DNA of 64,000 nucleotides from the IMG/VR virus record IMGVR_UViG_3300035698_024184, positions 816 to 64,815 of that record; one strand, 5' to 3'. The translations under genes were made by a program, and so were the position numbers. This DNA comes from a virus (lineage: Duplodnaviria; Caudoviricetes). Of this stretch, positions 46,628 through 56,697 are shown one piece after another (the first letter of the stretch is position 1; every line of letters begins with the position of its first letter). Below the pieces are notes generated by a model. It worked only from the letters and a program-made list of their open reading frames with translations, was not told the origin of the DNA and searched no databases.

Positions 46628-47866
46628 TTAAAAATCAATAATATGCTCACTCATATCTATATTATCAGAAAAATTCATTATATCAAAATCCCAATTTATA
46701 GTTACCGTAGCAGTTTCCCCTTCACGATGCTTCTTTAATTCCAAATCCATAATTTTCTGTTCCTTCATTTCATTATTCTGATATAATAAAATTACTGTAT
46801 CAGCATCTGGAGCAAGATTAGCATACCCTATATCCCCTAAACTTCCTCGATTATTTCGACCAGGTTTTCTATTAAATTGTGTAGTAGCAATCCCACATTT
46901 TTGCGTTCTCTGTAACATACTCTTAAAGGCTCTTGAAACTCCTATATCTCCTCGCCAATCTCTATTTTTACTATCTTCATCTTCTAATAAATATATACCA
47001 TCAATTATAATAACATCAGGATTATACTCTTCAACATACGACTCAATTTCTAACATAGTTGATACTTCGCTAGAACCAACAATCCAAAAAGGAACTTCAC
47101 TCTTTAATTCTTTAATTAACCTCTCTTTCCATTCTATTTCCTGCATCGATGCAATAGTTCCATGTCTAATATCTTCATACTTAGTTTGTGTAATAATAGC
47201 AGAAAGCCTACGAGCAAATAATTCAGGCGACATTTCTTTTGTAAAAATTACCGGAACCTTACTTTGTTTCCATATTGAATAAGCAATATAACAAGCAAGC
47301 CAACTTTTTCCAATACTAGTAGAAGCGGCAATTAATACATATTCTTCTGAATGAAGACCCATAGTAACATTATCTAATTTATGCCACCCCATTTTTATTC
47401 CATCAATACCAATAATCTTCTTTTCATCATAATTCCGAATAATATCAGGTCCAGCTTTTAATAAATTCAATTCTCTTGACAACTTAACTTCTACATTATA
47501 CTGACTAATTCCTTTTCGTAAAGCAACTAAAGCTTCTTTTGAATTATTCTCCTTTAAATTTTCTGCTGCCTGTGTAATAGTTTGAGCTACTATATTGTAT
47601 TCATATCGTTGCCTTAATTTTTCAATATAGTATAAAATTGGCTCACTAATAGAAATTGGAACAAAATCAACAAATTTTTCTTGCACTGTTTTAACAGTAG
47701 GAACAACACCATAATTCTTTTTATGAGCTAAAATAAAAGAAAAAATCGCTTTATATCGTCCATAAAAAAAGGTAGCTGTTAATTTATGTTGAATTACCAT
47801 TTTTACATCCTGCGTCTCTAATAATGAACTCAACAATTGTAATTCAATATCCATAAACATCCTCAA
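46628..47866 (-). CDS. dnaB: DnaB-like replicative helicase
   Basis: IGKS Walker A, EM, IIDG..L, TQ.NR, DAD, K.R.G. Confidence 0.9.
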   Translation of the reverse strand: MRMFMDIELQLLSSLLETQDVKMVIQHKLTATFFYGRYKAIFSFILAHKKNYGVVPTVKTVQEKFVDFVPISISEPILYYIEKLRQRYEYNIVAQTITQAAENLKENNSKEALVALRKGISQYNVEVKLSRELNLLKAGPDIIRNYDEKKIIGIDGIKMGWHKLDNVTMGLHSEEYVLIAASTSIGKSWLACYIAYSIWKQSKVPVIFTKEMSPELFARRLSAIITQTKYEDIRHGTIASMQEIEWKERLIKELKSEVPFWIVGSSEVSTMLEIESYVEEYNPDVIIIDGIYLLEDEDSKNRDWRGDIGVSRAFKSMLQRTQKCGIATTQFNRKPGRNNRGSLGDIGYANLAPDADTVILLYQNNEMKEQKIMDLELKKHREGETATVTINWDFDIMNFSDNIDMSEHIIDF

Positions 47867-47880
47867 ATAAGCATAAGTAT

Positions 47881-47909
47881 ATTATACAACGCCCTTTATC
47901 AATTTTCAA
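47881..47909 (-). promoter_or_regulatory. sigma70-type promoter
   Basis: TTGAAA-17 bp-TATAAT. Confidence 0.75.
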
Positions 47910-47925
47910 GAAAATAAAAATAATT

Positions 47926-48516
47926 TTATCGAAAATCACAACACTTTACTTTAGTAATGATTCTTCGTCCCGCACGATTAGATAATCCAACCCTCGGTCT
48001 AGCCACAATTCCTTCTGCTTCAAACTCCCCATAATATGATTTAAACCCCTTTTTAACTGTTTCAATTGCTTTTCCTAACGTTCCAATCCCCCAACAGGGT
48101 ACTTGTAAAACTTCATGCTCTAAAGCCCACAAATCCACATCATTTTGCGTTAACCACCATTTTCCACATCTAATATCAAAAAGTACAAATCGTTGATCTG
48201 TAAAATATTTATCACCACCTTGAATTTTTGGACCAACACCTTCTCCATATAATATAGTGTTTTCAAACAATGAGGGATCTTTAAATTTATTTTGTAAATA
48301 CTCTATTAATTGTTTAGGTAATTCGGCTTTATCAGTACGACCTGCAAATCTTATTTCTTCATTCTCAAAAATAACTCGAATATTCATTCCATCTAATTTT
48401 TCACTAAGTAACCAATCATTATTAAACAAATATTGAAACTCAGGTTCACTGAATTCTCCATTAAATTTATGAGTATCATGGTCCCTTTTATAAATTGATT
48501 GAATTTTATGATACAT
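47926..48516 (-). CDS. RNA ligase-family nucleotidyltransferase (short)
   Basis: YHKI, EKLDG.N.R, GR, LYGEG.G.KIQ, FVLFDI, EGIV, K.K. Confidence 0.8.
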   Translation of the reverse strand: MYHKIQSIYKRDHDTHKFNGEFSEPEFQYLFNNDWLLSEKLDGMNIRVIFENEEIRFAGRTDKAELPKQLIEYLQNKFKDPSLFENTILYGEGVGPKIQGGDKYFTDQRFVLFDIRCGKWWLTQNDVDLWALEHEVLQVPCWGIGTLGKAIETVKKGFKSYYGEFEAEGIVARPRVGLSNRAGRRIITKVKCCDFR

Positions 48517-49096
48517 CCTTTATCTCCAGTAAAAAATTTGGATATCGAACATTTTTATACATATATTCACAAAATATACGCCAATGTTCTAACTTATGAT
48601 TTTTTCTCTGTAACATTATATTTCGTAACGTCTTATAACTAAACATCCACATTCGAGTTTGTAAAAATCCTTCAGGTAATCTTCTTTTTATAGAACTTAT
48701 ATCATCTTCTTGTATATAACTTAACAATAAACGTAAATCAACTAAAGTAATTGATTCACTTTCAAAATTTTCAATACAAAATTTATTTAATTCATCTTTA
48801 TCTTCATATACAATATTCTTTAATTCTTTTACTAAAGTGTGCATTGTACTTTCAGAAGATTTACTGGATAAACGATATGTATCAGCTTCCTGCCACCAAT
48901 AACGAGGTGCTCGAACTTTTACCCAAATCATCATATGTTCTAAAAATTTATTATGACCACCATCAAAATCACATAATCTTTCAGCCACATTTTGCATCAA
49001 ATGAGCCTCTTGTTTCTTATTTAATGATAACCCATACATAGCAGAATTAAATCCACACTCTTCTAAAATTTCAACTTTCATTACACTATCAATCAT
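48506..49096 (-). CDS. ThyX-like (FAD-dependent thymidylate synthase-related) protein
   Basis: GH.KFL, APRYWW.E.DTYR, S.STMH, LP.G..Q.R, R..H.L..W. Confidence 0.65.
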   Translation of the reverse strand: MIDSVMKVEILEECGFNSAMYGLSLNKKQEAHLMQNVAERLCDFDGGHNKFLEHMMIWVKVRAPRYWWQEADTYRLSSKSSESTMHTLVKELKNIVYEDKDELNKFCIENFESESITLVDLRLLLSYIQEDDISSIKRRLPEGFLQTRMWMFSYKTLRNIMLQRKNHKLEHWRIFCEYMYKNVRYPNFLLEIKDVS

Positions 49097-49111
49097 GTAT
49101 TACACCTTTAA

Positions 49112-49765
49112 TTATACCCAAGTACCTTCTTTAAATAAATTTTTATATACAATTCTAGTATATTCATTTTGTTTTTCTACATCCATATCCCTATTTTTAA
49201 ATACAGTAATATACTGTCCAAATATTTCGTGATTTTCAATTCCATCTAATTCAATTTCACTACGATGATATTTATTCTTACGAGTAAAAAAGTAACAAAT
49301 TCTACCCCAAAATTTGTGGCACTTAGTAGGTAAATATACTCCATAAGGATTTCTTTCTAATCTTACAATATGAGCATGATTATTTGCCGCCCATCTTATC
49401 TCATTTATAAATCGAGCATCTGAAATAACAATAAAAGAATTCTCTGGAGTAGCATTGACAAAATGTTCCAAAGCAAAAACATGAGCATCTACCCAAAGTT
49501 TTCGTAAAACATCTGTTCCTAAATAAACCATCAATTTTCTAGCACTTTTCCCACAAGCTAATTTTTCATTCTTAGATTTATTACTACCATTAACTTGTTC
49601 CTCAGTAGCACCAAAAAAGACTTTTACCAATTCTTTTAAGGATTGAGCAAATTTTAAATGATATAATGTCTTTTTCTCCTTTAATGCTAATTCATTTAAA
49701 CAATTACAAAAAGTATCTTTTCCACTCTGTAACTTACCACATACTACAATAATAGTTCTACTCAT
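49112..49765 (-). CDS. Deoxynucleoside monophosphate kinase
   Basis: GK..SGKDT, FA..LK, R..M..LGT...R, ISDARF.NE, H.SE. Confidence 0.88.
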   Translation of the reverse strand: MSRTIIVVCGKLQSGKDTFCNCLNELALKEKKTLYHLKFAQSLKELVKVFFGATEEQVNGSNKSKNEKLACGKSARKLMVYLGTDVLRKLWVDAHVFALEHFVNATPENSFIVISDARFINEIRWAANNHAHIVRLERNPYGVYLPTKCHKFWGRICYFFTRKNKYHRSEIELDGIENHEIFGQYITVFKNRDMDVEKQNEYTRIVYKNLFKEGTWV

Positions 49766-50190
49766 TCTAACCTCATAATTTGATTTATATCCTTAACAAC
49801 ACGTCCCACTTTTCCAAAATCCCTCATGTCATCCACAGAAAAATGATAATAATATTTCATATTATATTGCTTAATAAGTCTTTTTATTTCTTTGTAATCA
49901 TCAATAATTTCAAAATAAGTATACTGATAATAGCCTAAAAAATCACGTAACATATCTTCATGTTCTAATACTCCCTGATAAATAATCAAAATATTAAAAT
50001 ACTTAGAAAGTTTTTCACAAATTTTTAAAGCTAATAAATCAGGACGTAATTCATATTTTGCTCTACTAAACAACTTTTTCTTATAATAATCATATGCTCT
50101 ATCCCACTGTACATTTTCATCTTCCATTAAAAAACGTATATCGATACCTAATACTGATAACAATCGAGTATCCAAATCTCCATTTTTCAT
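49762..50190 (-). CDS. Hypothetical protein
   Basis: 142 aa ORF. Confidence 0.65.
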   Translation of the reverse strand: MKNGDLDTRLLSVLGIDIRFLMEDENVQWDRAYDYYKKKLFSRAKYELRPDLLALKICEKLSKYFNILIIYQGVLEHEDMLRDFLGYYQYTYFEIIDDYKEIKRLIKQYNMKYYYHFSVDDMRDFGKVGRVVKDINQIMRLE

Positions 50191-50558
50191 AAACGCATAG
50201 CCTCTACAGATTTTTTAGCATTAAAATCTTGACGTTGTTGCTCTGTAAAATGCCCACTAAATCGGGGTGCTTTATAATAATGAAATTTTTCATACATTTC
50301 ACCTACACTAATCAAAGTTTCATCCACACTATCCCATATTTGAGGAATACTAACTTTATCTTTTTTAGTTAAATTCTTCAATTCTTTATAAAATTTATCA
50401 CCAAATACTCCATCTAAATACTTTACTACAAAAGAGATATGTCTACTAGCCATAAACTTCAAAATATCATGGACAGAACGTTTAACAAACTTTTGACTAC
50501 CCTTACTCCAAATGGGCACTTGTACTTGAATACCATGACTAATAAATAAATGTAACAT
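50187..50558 (-). CDS. Hypothetical protein
   Basis: 123 aa ORF with SD. Confidence 0.65.
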   Translation of the reverse strand: MLHLFISHGIQVQVPIWSKGSQKFVKRSVHDILKFMASRHISFVVKYLDGVFGDKFYKELKNLTKKDKVSIPQIWDSVDETLISVGEMYEKFHYYKAPRFSGHFTEQQRQDFNAKKSVEAMRL

Positions 50559-50574
50559 AATAAACTCCTTTAAT

Positions 50575-50763
50575 TTATGATTTATCTTTATTAATTAACT
50601 TTTGTAAACGAACAACCTCATTACATAATTCTAACATTTGTTCTGAAACAAACAACAAATTTGAAATTTTCATATTACGAAATTCTTCTTTTGTCTTTTT
50701 TAAGAATCGTATTGTTTGTTTCGCATTATCTCGAATTTTTTCTATATCTTTTATTTTCATCAA
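50575..50763 (-). CDS. Hypothetical protein
   Basis: 62 aa ORF. Confidence 0.5.
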   Translation of the reverse strand: MMKIKDIEKIRDNAKQTIRFLKKTKEEFRNMKISNLLFVSEQMLELCNEVVRLQKLINKDKS

Positions 50764-51337
50764 CTATTACTCCAGATAATAATTTAAACCAATCTTCCAA
50801 AATCAATGCCTCTTTACCTATTAAAACTAAACTCTTCTCATGGCTTATTTCCCAATAACTACCACTATAAGTAGCAAGTAAATTAATTTCTTCTCGTAAT
50901 CTACTACAAAGCTCATCACACCGTTCATTTCCTTCATTACCTACATGTCCTTTTACATGTTCAAATATAACAAAAAAAGGAACCCGCTGTATCAAACTGA
51001 ATAATATATGCCACAATTCTAAATTTTTAGCTCTTCCACCACTACTATTATACCCTCCATTTCTTAACCATTTTAAAAACCAACCATCATTAATCCCACA
51101 ACAAACATATTTAGAATCACTTTTAATAGTTACTCTATCAATAGGTATATTTAATTTCACAAAACCTAATAATCCAATAATAACCGCTAATAATTCCGCA
51201 CGATTATTTGTACTATGTAATTCATACCCAACAAAAATACAATCATCTTTTTTATTATTACTAGTTGGAATAATAGCTGCAAAAGTACCCATACCTCCGG
51301 GATTAGGATAAATTCCACCATCAACATAAATATCCAT
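50726..51337 (-). CDS. rnhA: Ribonuclease HI
   Basis: IYVDG...NPG, TNNRAEL, SDS.Y, N.ELW, VKGH.G..GNE.CD. Confidence 0.94.
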   Translation of the reverse strand: MDIYVDGGIYPNPGGMGTFAAIIPTSNNKKDDCIFVGYELHSTNNRAELLAVIIGLLGFVKLNIPIDRVTIKSDSKYVCCGINDGWFLKWLRNGGYNSSGGRAKNLELWHILFSLIQRVPFFVIFEHVKGHVGNEGNERCDELCSRLREEINLLATYSGSYWEISHEKSLVLIGKEALILEDWFKLLSGVIVDENKRYRKNSR

Positions 51338-51352
51338 AATAACTATCCTTAT

Positions 51353-51393
51353 AAAATGGGTGGTGATTTACGTCAACACAACTACACCACCCC
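51353..51393 (-). terminator. Terminator-like hairpin
   Basis: IR tgggtggtg/caccaccca followed by TTTT on the minus strand. Confidence 0.5.
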
Positions 51394-51546
51394 AAATCAA
51401 TTGGCTATTCTTTAATAATTTTATTCTCAGAAATTTTTAATACTTTTTTCAAATCAAATTTATCATCATCAGAAGCGTGTTTAACCCAATGATACCAACA
51501 AATATCATATCCATAATAAATTATTTCAGGATATCTTCTACATTTG

Positions 51547-52965
51547 TTATCTTTGCATATCACATTCCTCACCTTCGTCGATTTTTGCTTCCTCTAATTT
51601 AATAAGAGCATCTACATCAAAAACTTTTCTCATATCATTATATAAAATCCCTACTTCTTCCACAGACATCTCACCACGAAAACGATCATAAAAAGCATCT
51701 CGTTGTTCTTCAGAAATTTCATATTCTGCTACTGCATCCAAAACAGTTATTAACATACGAACAGTAATACTAACTTGTTCTTCTTCACAAATCTCATTTT
51801 CAATATTACCCATATGATTTTCTGTATTCAAAGAACTATCTTCATCAGGTTCTCTTACATCTCTATTCAACTCACTACTTATCATAGTAATATTACCTTT
51901 TAATCGTCGTTGAGAATCATTTAAATACTTACCAGCCGCTTCTTCAAATTTTAAACGATCTTCAATCTCAAATCCCTGACAAGCATGAGTAATAGCTTGA
52001 ATAACTCCGAATACCGAAGCAGGTTCATTACGACTTACAAAATCTTCCATAACAGCTTCATAATATCTATTACTAGGTAACGTATACCTCTTAAACATAT
52101 CTTTAACTTCACTAGCAATATCTTCTTTAGGAATTATCATCTGTTGAGCATCACTATACCTCTGCACCATACCATTCATTCGAGAAGGAATTAAAGCTAC
52201 TTTCTCGCCAAATTTCTCACCAAATTCAGTATATTCCAACCGTGAATGTTTCATCCTAAACAACTTTTCATGTTCAAACATCTCAATCATTCCATTACTA
52301 CATATCAAACGATATATCATAGCATCACCAGTACAAGCCCTAGCTCCTACCTCACTATTTCCAATATGTAATCCTATTTGTACATTATCAGAAGACCCAT
52401 CATCCAACTTCCCAATTTCATATCTACCTGGAAAAAGTAGTTTTGCATGAAATACATGATCCAAAATATTATAATCAGCAACTTGAAAACCATACTCTTC
52501 AAACAAACTTTTCATACGAATAATCATATTTGTATTATCAAACTTAGCATAAGTACAAGATACAATTCCTCGTAAAGAATAATTCTTTCCATCTTCATTT
52601 TCAAATTCACGATAGCGTAATAAAACATCGCTACCATTTTGTTTAATCCAAAAATTAATATTCTCTAAAGCTAAATGTGGACTACATTTAATTAAATACT
52701 CTCTTGGAATACCCAACATATTTAAAAATTGTTGAAAAGACCACCTCGTAAATTCCAACTTCATATCTTCTAAAAATAATGTTATAACAGTCTTTTTCTG
52801 TACCTCATTAATTTGGGCTTCTACTCTCAAAGCATGAGTTGGGCAATACTCTTCTTTCTTAGTTTTATCATCCTCTAAAAGAGCATCTAATAACTCTTGA
52901 AAAGTAGACTTTCGCGGTTGCTCTTTCAAAATTTCTTCATTACGATACACTTCTACATCACTCAT
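51547..52965 (-). CDS. DUF932-family protein with acidic C-terminal extension
   Basis: NSEVG, RLICSNGM, A.T..Q...R...E..AG. Confidence 0.75.
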   Translation of the reverse strand: MSDVEVYRNEEILKEQPRKSTFQELLDALLEDDKTKKEEYCPTHALRVEAQINEVQKKTVITLFLEDMKLEFTRWSFQQFLNMLGIPREYLIKCSPHLALENINFWIKQNGSDVLLRYREFENEDGKNYSLRGIVSCTYAKFDNTNMIIRMKSLFEEYGFQVADYNILDHVFHAKLLFPGRYEIGKLDDGSSDNVQIGLHIGNSEVGARACTGDAMIYRLICSNGMIEMFEHEKLFRMKHSRLEYTEFGEKFGEKVALIPSRMNGMVQRYSDAQQMIIPKEDIASEVKDMFKRYTLPSNRYYEAVMEDFVSRNEPASVFGVIQAITHACQGFEIEDRLKFEEAAGKYLNDSQRRLKGNITMISSELNRDVREPDEDSSLNTENHMGNIENEICEEEQVSITVRMLITVLDAVAEYEISEEQRDAFYDRFRGEMSVEEVGILYNDMRKVFDVDALIKLEEAKIDEGEECDMQR

Positions 52966-52983
52966 AACTATACTCCATACTAA

Positions 52984-53298
52984 TTATTCTAAATTTTCTT
53001 CTACAATTAAACTTTCTACTTTATCATCCCCACCTTTTTTAGCCCAATCTTTATATTCTAAAATTACTAACCAAATCATTTCAATAACTAATCGAGATAT
53101 CCCAATAGCTAATTTTTCTCTTTTCGCTAAATTTAAAGCTAGTTTTTTAACTCCTTCCTCACCACAAACCCTCCTTACTTCTACAATATAAGCTTCAGTT
53201 AACAAATTGATTTCCATAAAAACCGGATTAATTAAACCCCTTATTTCTTTACTATTTTCCTCTTCATTTTCACTAACTTCAAATCGACGTATTACCAT
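52984..53298 (-). CDS. Hypothetical protein
   Basis: ORF downstream of the loader; start uncertain. Confidence 0.55.
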   Translation of the reverse strand: MVIRRFEVSENEEENSKEIRGLINPVFMEINLLTEAYIVEVRRVCGEEGVKKLALNLAKREKLAIGISRLVIEMIWLVILEYKDWAKKGGDDKVESLIVEENLE

Positions 53299-53851
53299 TA
53301 TTAAACCGCCTATCTTTATCATTATAAACAACAGGTATTACACATTCATACAATAAACTAAACAACCCATTTCCATAAATTTCTTTTAATGACTTAACTA
53401 CCAAATTAGTACTAAGTATAACAGGTAATAATTCTTGACTACGAAATCGTAACAAATTATCATATTGAACTATAGCATATTCAGACGTTTTTTTACGATA
53501 TTCCTTACCAAAATCATCCATAATCAAAATAGGAATTCTTCTATACATATCCTCAAAAGTTTCATTCACTGAATAATATTCAACGCGACGCAAATTATCC
53601 ACCATATCAGCGGCCCTAGCAAAATGCACCCAAATATCTCTTAATAAAAAAAATTTAGCTAATGCGCACATGTCCCAAGTCTTACCTTGTCCATTACCTC
53701 CAATTAAAAACAAACCACATCCTTTAATATACTCTTCATCTCGACAATACTTCTTTAGTTCTTCCTTACTTTCTGTAGTAAGACAACACTCCTCTCCCCA
53801 ATATCTTCGCGGAATCCCTGCTAATTTTAATACCCCTTTAGTTAATTTCAT
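53279..53851 (-). CDS. DnaC/IstB-like AAA+ helicase loader
   Basis: AGIP.RY, G.NG.GKT, ILIMDDFGKE, R......STNL, YG, D.R. Confidence 0.85.
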   Translation of the reverse strand: MKLTKGVLKLAGIPRRYWGEECCLTTESKEELKKYCRDEEYIKGCGLFLIGGNGQGKTWDMCALAKFFLLRDIWVHFARAADMVDNLRRVEYYSVNETFEDMYRRIPILIMDDFGKEYRKKTSEYAIVQYDNLLRFRSQELLPVILSTNLVVKSLKEIYGNGLFSLLYECVIPVVYNDKDRRFNNGNTSI

Positions 53852-54291
53852 AACTTCACCTGAATAACATATATTGGCTCCCAATCAAACCCTTTTTCTT
53901 TTTCACTATCAAGCCAATTCCATACTTTCATACTTATATTAACACTTTGATGAGGATCATAAACAGTCTTATAATATGATACTAAAGATTCTTCATCTAC
54001 AACACGACAATCAAAAATAACCCAATGTCTTTCATTTTTATTTTTCTCACATTCAATATTTACCAACCAAACATAATTAGCAAAATTTATACCCTCATTA
54101 TAATCATAATGATCCACAATTGTAAAAAAACTAAACTTTCGATTAAATCTAACAATATGTTTTGCATGTAAACTCTTTGGATAACCAATCTTTTGTTTTA
54201 TTTCTTCTATAGATTTTCCTGATAACATAGCAATACAAGCATGACCACAATCATACTTTTCTTGTTGATTAATAAATTTCACTAACACCAA
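53848..54291 (-). CDS. C39-like cysteine peptidase
   Basis: Q....DCG.ACIAML ... HWVIFD ... YDP. Confidence 0.75.
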   Translation of the reverse strand: MVLVKFINQQEKYDCGHACIAMLSGKSIEEIKQKIGYPKSLHAKHIVRFNRKFSFFTIVDHYDYNEGINFANYVWLVNIECEKNKNERHWVIFDCRVVDEESLVSYYKTVYDPHQSVNISMKVWNWLDSEKEKGFDWEPIYVIQVKL

Positions 54292-55051
54292 TCCTCTAAA
54301 ATATCTTTAGGTTGTTCATCAATTATTACTTCCATTTTTTTATCTTTCATATTAAAAGTAATTTTTTCTTGAGAAATTCTTTTTCTAATTTCAAATATAA
54401 CTCCTCCAATTCCAAAATGAGTAAACCAATCTGGAGGATTATCAAATATATTAATCATCTGTTTTTCAATATCTACTACAGAAACTTCCTTTAATAATTC
54501 TTTAAATTGTTTTAGTACCTTAAATTTATTATCAATAGCTATACAATTAAAACGATCATAATATAAACCATAAAATTTATCACTCAATAAAACACTTTCA
54601 GACTTAACTTTAGGTCTAAAACTTTTTGTAGATTTAATTTTAGTTACTATATCCGTAATTTTATTAGTAGTTTTATTACTAGGCTTTTTTATTGATTCAA
54701 CTAATTCCTGAGTAATATTAGAATCAATCAAAGATTCAACTTTTTCCCCTTCATAAATCAATACATTTTTATTATCCAACAAAACATAATCAGAATATAA
54801 TATATCAGAAATGTTATCTTCTAACTTATAACCTAATTCATATAGATTATCTACTTCAATAATAAAACCTAATTTTAATAAATTACCTAAAACAAGAATA
54901 CTTACATTACCATTTTTATTATCATACAAAAATCGTCTTCCCTTAATCTCTATAGAATCTAACATATATAAATAACTACTGAGTAATTTTGCATCTTCTA
55001 AAAATTGAAAATAAACTGAATTGAATTGTTTACTACTAATATGTAGTTCCA
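54282..55051 (-). CDS. Hypothetical protein, possible replication initiator (start revised to MELHIS)
   Basis: GGAG SD; first gene after the AT-rich region and upstream of the loader. Confidence 0.5.
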
Positions 55052-55106
55052 TAAAATATAACTCCAATTTATCAATAAAACAAATGTTAAAAAAGTAGAT
55101 AAGTGT

Positions 55107-55135
55107 ATTATAACAACACCTGAAAGGTATTACAA
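55107..55135 (-). promoter_or_regulatory. sigma70-type promoter
   Basis: TTGTAA-17 bp-TATAAT with TGn. Confidence 0.7.
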
Positions 55136-55159
55136 GAACAAAATAAATAATTTTCAAAA

Positions 55160-55740
55160 CTTAATTTATTCTGAAGAAATGAATTATTCTGAAGAAATGA
55201 ATATTTCTGCCAAAATTATTTCTAATATTATAATTTATTCTAAATAAAATATTCAAATAAAATCTGGAAAATGAATTGTAAGCGAACAAAGTGAGCCAAA
55301 ATTAAAATTTTGATTTTAACAATATTTTGGCCACATTAACATTCTAAGAATAAGATTTTTTTTCTTAGAATACTAATTATATTAAAAGATACTAATTTAA
55401 TAAGCACTAATATTAATGATGATACTTTATCAAGACAAAATAGTATAATTTTTTTATAAAAAATTGATTAATAATATGGAAATAGTATATTATTAATATA
55501 TGTAATAAATCTGAACAATGAAGATATTAATTTATTATATTAATACCGTGCGTGCGCACGCGAGAAAATTAATTTAGCCTATTTTTCTAGTAATATGAAT
55601 AGCTAGGAAATTACCAGAAACACTAGAATTAAGTCTACAGTCTTCATATTTCAAATTTCTTTAATCGATTAAGTACTAATTGATACAATTAATCAATTTA
55701 ATCTAACTATTATTAAGTCAATCAATTGTATATCAGGTAT
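55160..55740. other. AT-rich non-coding region, putative replication origin
   Basis: No ORF; tandem ttattctgaagaaatgaa x2 (55166-55201); isolated GC island cgtgcgtgcgcacgcg; adjacent to initiator/loader-like genes. Confidence 0.45.
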
Positions 55741-55741
55741 C

Positions 55742-55770
55742 ATTATAAGGGATGCTATAAAATATTGCAA
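55742..55770 (-). promoter_or_regulatory. sigma70-type promoter
   Basis: TTGCAA-17 bp-TATAAT. Confidence 0.65.
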
Positions 55771-55794
55771 GAGAAAAATAAAAAAAATTAAAAT

Positions 55795-56184
55795 TTATAA
55801 AAATAAATCATTATTATCTTTTTTAATACTATTTATTGTCGCTAAATATATGCTTAATAGTCCTTCTTTTTTGCATTTCTCTCTACTTTCCTTAATAATT
55901 GAACGACATGTTTCTCTATTATCTATAAATTTTACTTTTTTAGATTCTTTAATAATAGCTTTTAAAAAAGTATGGCTTAAAATATACCATACATTTCCAT
56001 CATAAGCATTATATTTTTTCTGTAAGTATTTTATAGTAGCTATCCTTTTAGTATTACGAAATACAGAACTTAATTTATCGACATCTTTTTCGGCCCGCGA
56101 AATTACTCTCCAGTAATAAAAAGAAAAAGGAATGAACACTGTAGCCATTCCTAAAATAAATGAATAAATTATATAAATTTCCAT
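55795..56184 (-). CDS. Membrane-anchored hypothetical protein
   Basis: N-terminal TM helix. Confidence 0.6.
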   Translation of the reverse strand: MEIYIIYSFILGMATVFIPFSFYYWRVISRAEKDVDKLSSVFRNTKRIATIKYLQKKYNAYDGNVWYILSHTFLKAIIKESKKVKFIDNRETCRSIIKESREKCKKEGLLSIYLATINSIKKDNNDLFL

Positions 56185-56187
56185 AAT

Positions 56188-56255
56188 TGCACCACCAAGG
56201 AGTTGAACCCTGAACCATCAGAAATCTGATACTTTTCCTATTAAGCTAGTAGTGC
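56188..56255 (-). tRNA. tRNA-like RNA lacking the anticodon loop (possibly derived from tRNA-Arg(TCT))
   Basis: GCACTAC/GTGGTGC acceptor stem, D-arm GCTT-AATAGGAA-AAGT, TCAGA-TT-TCTGA, T-arm CAGGG-TTCAACT-CCTTG. Confidence 0.8.
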
Positions 56256-56275
56256 TTAATAAATTAAATTATCTT

Positions 56276-56686
56276 TTACTTACTCCACAACCACCATGCG
56301 TCTACTGTATGAGCTGCCGGAGTACTTAAAGTAAATTCAAACTGAAAATACGGACAAAAACTTTTTGTTAAATCTGTAGCTTGTGTTTGATTTTCAAAAG
56401 TTGTTTGGACCAGATATTTTGTTCCATCCGCACCAAATTGGGCCATCGATTCCAATTCAACCCAAGTTGAACCATCTAATGAAACATTTATATCTACATC
56501 AAAAGTTGCTCCACCCCAAGCGGCTGTTTTTGCAACATCTATTTGTAAGGCTAAATTTCTAAAAGCTGGAAATGGTCCTTGATATTCTATTGTACTTGTG
56601 GCAATTACAGCTTCACTATCAAGAATTTTTGAATAAATATATCCATCAAAACGATATCGATTACTAAAATCACTTATTGTTATCAT
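56276..56686 (-). CDS. Putative virion structural protein (beta-sandwich)
   Basis: SLDG.TW motif; structural gene context. Confidence 0.55.
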   Translation of the reverse strand: MITISDFSNRYRFDGYIYSKILDSEAVIATSTIEYQGPFPAFRNLALQIDVAKTAAWGGATFDVDINVSLDGSTWVELESMAQFGADGTKYLVQTTFENQTQATDLTKSFCPYFQFEFTLSTPAAHTVDAWWLWSK

Positions 56687-56697
56687 ATTTTTTACTC

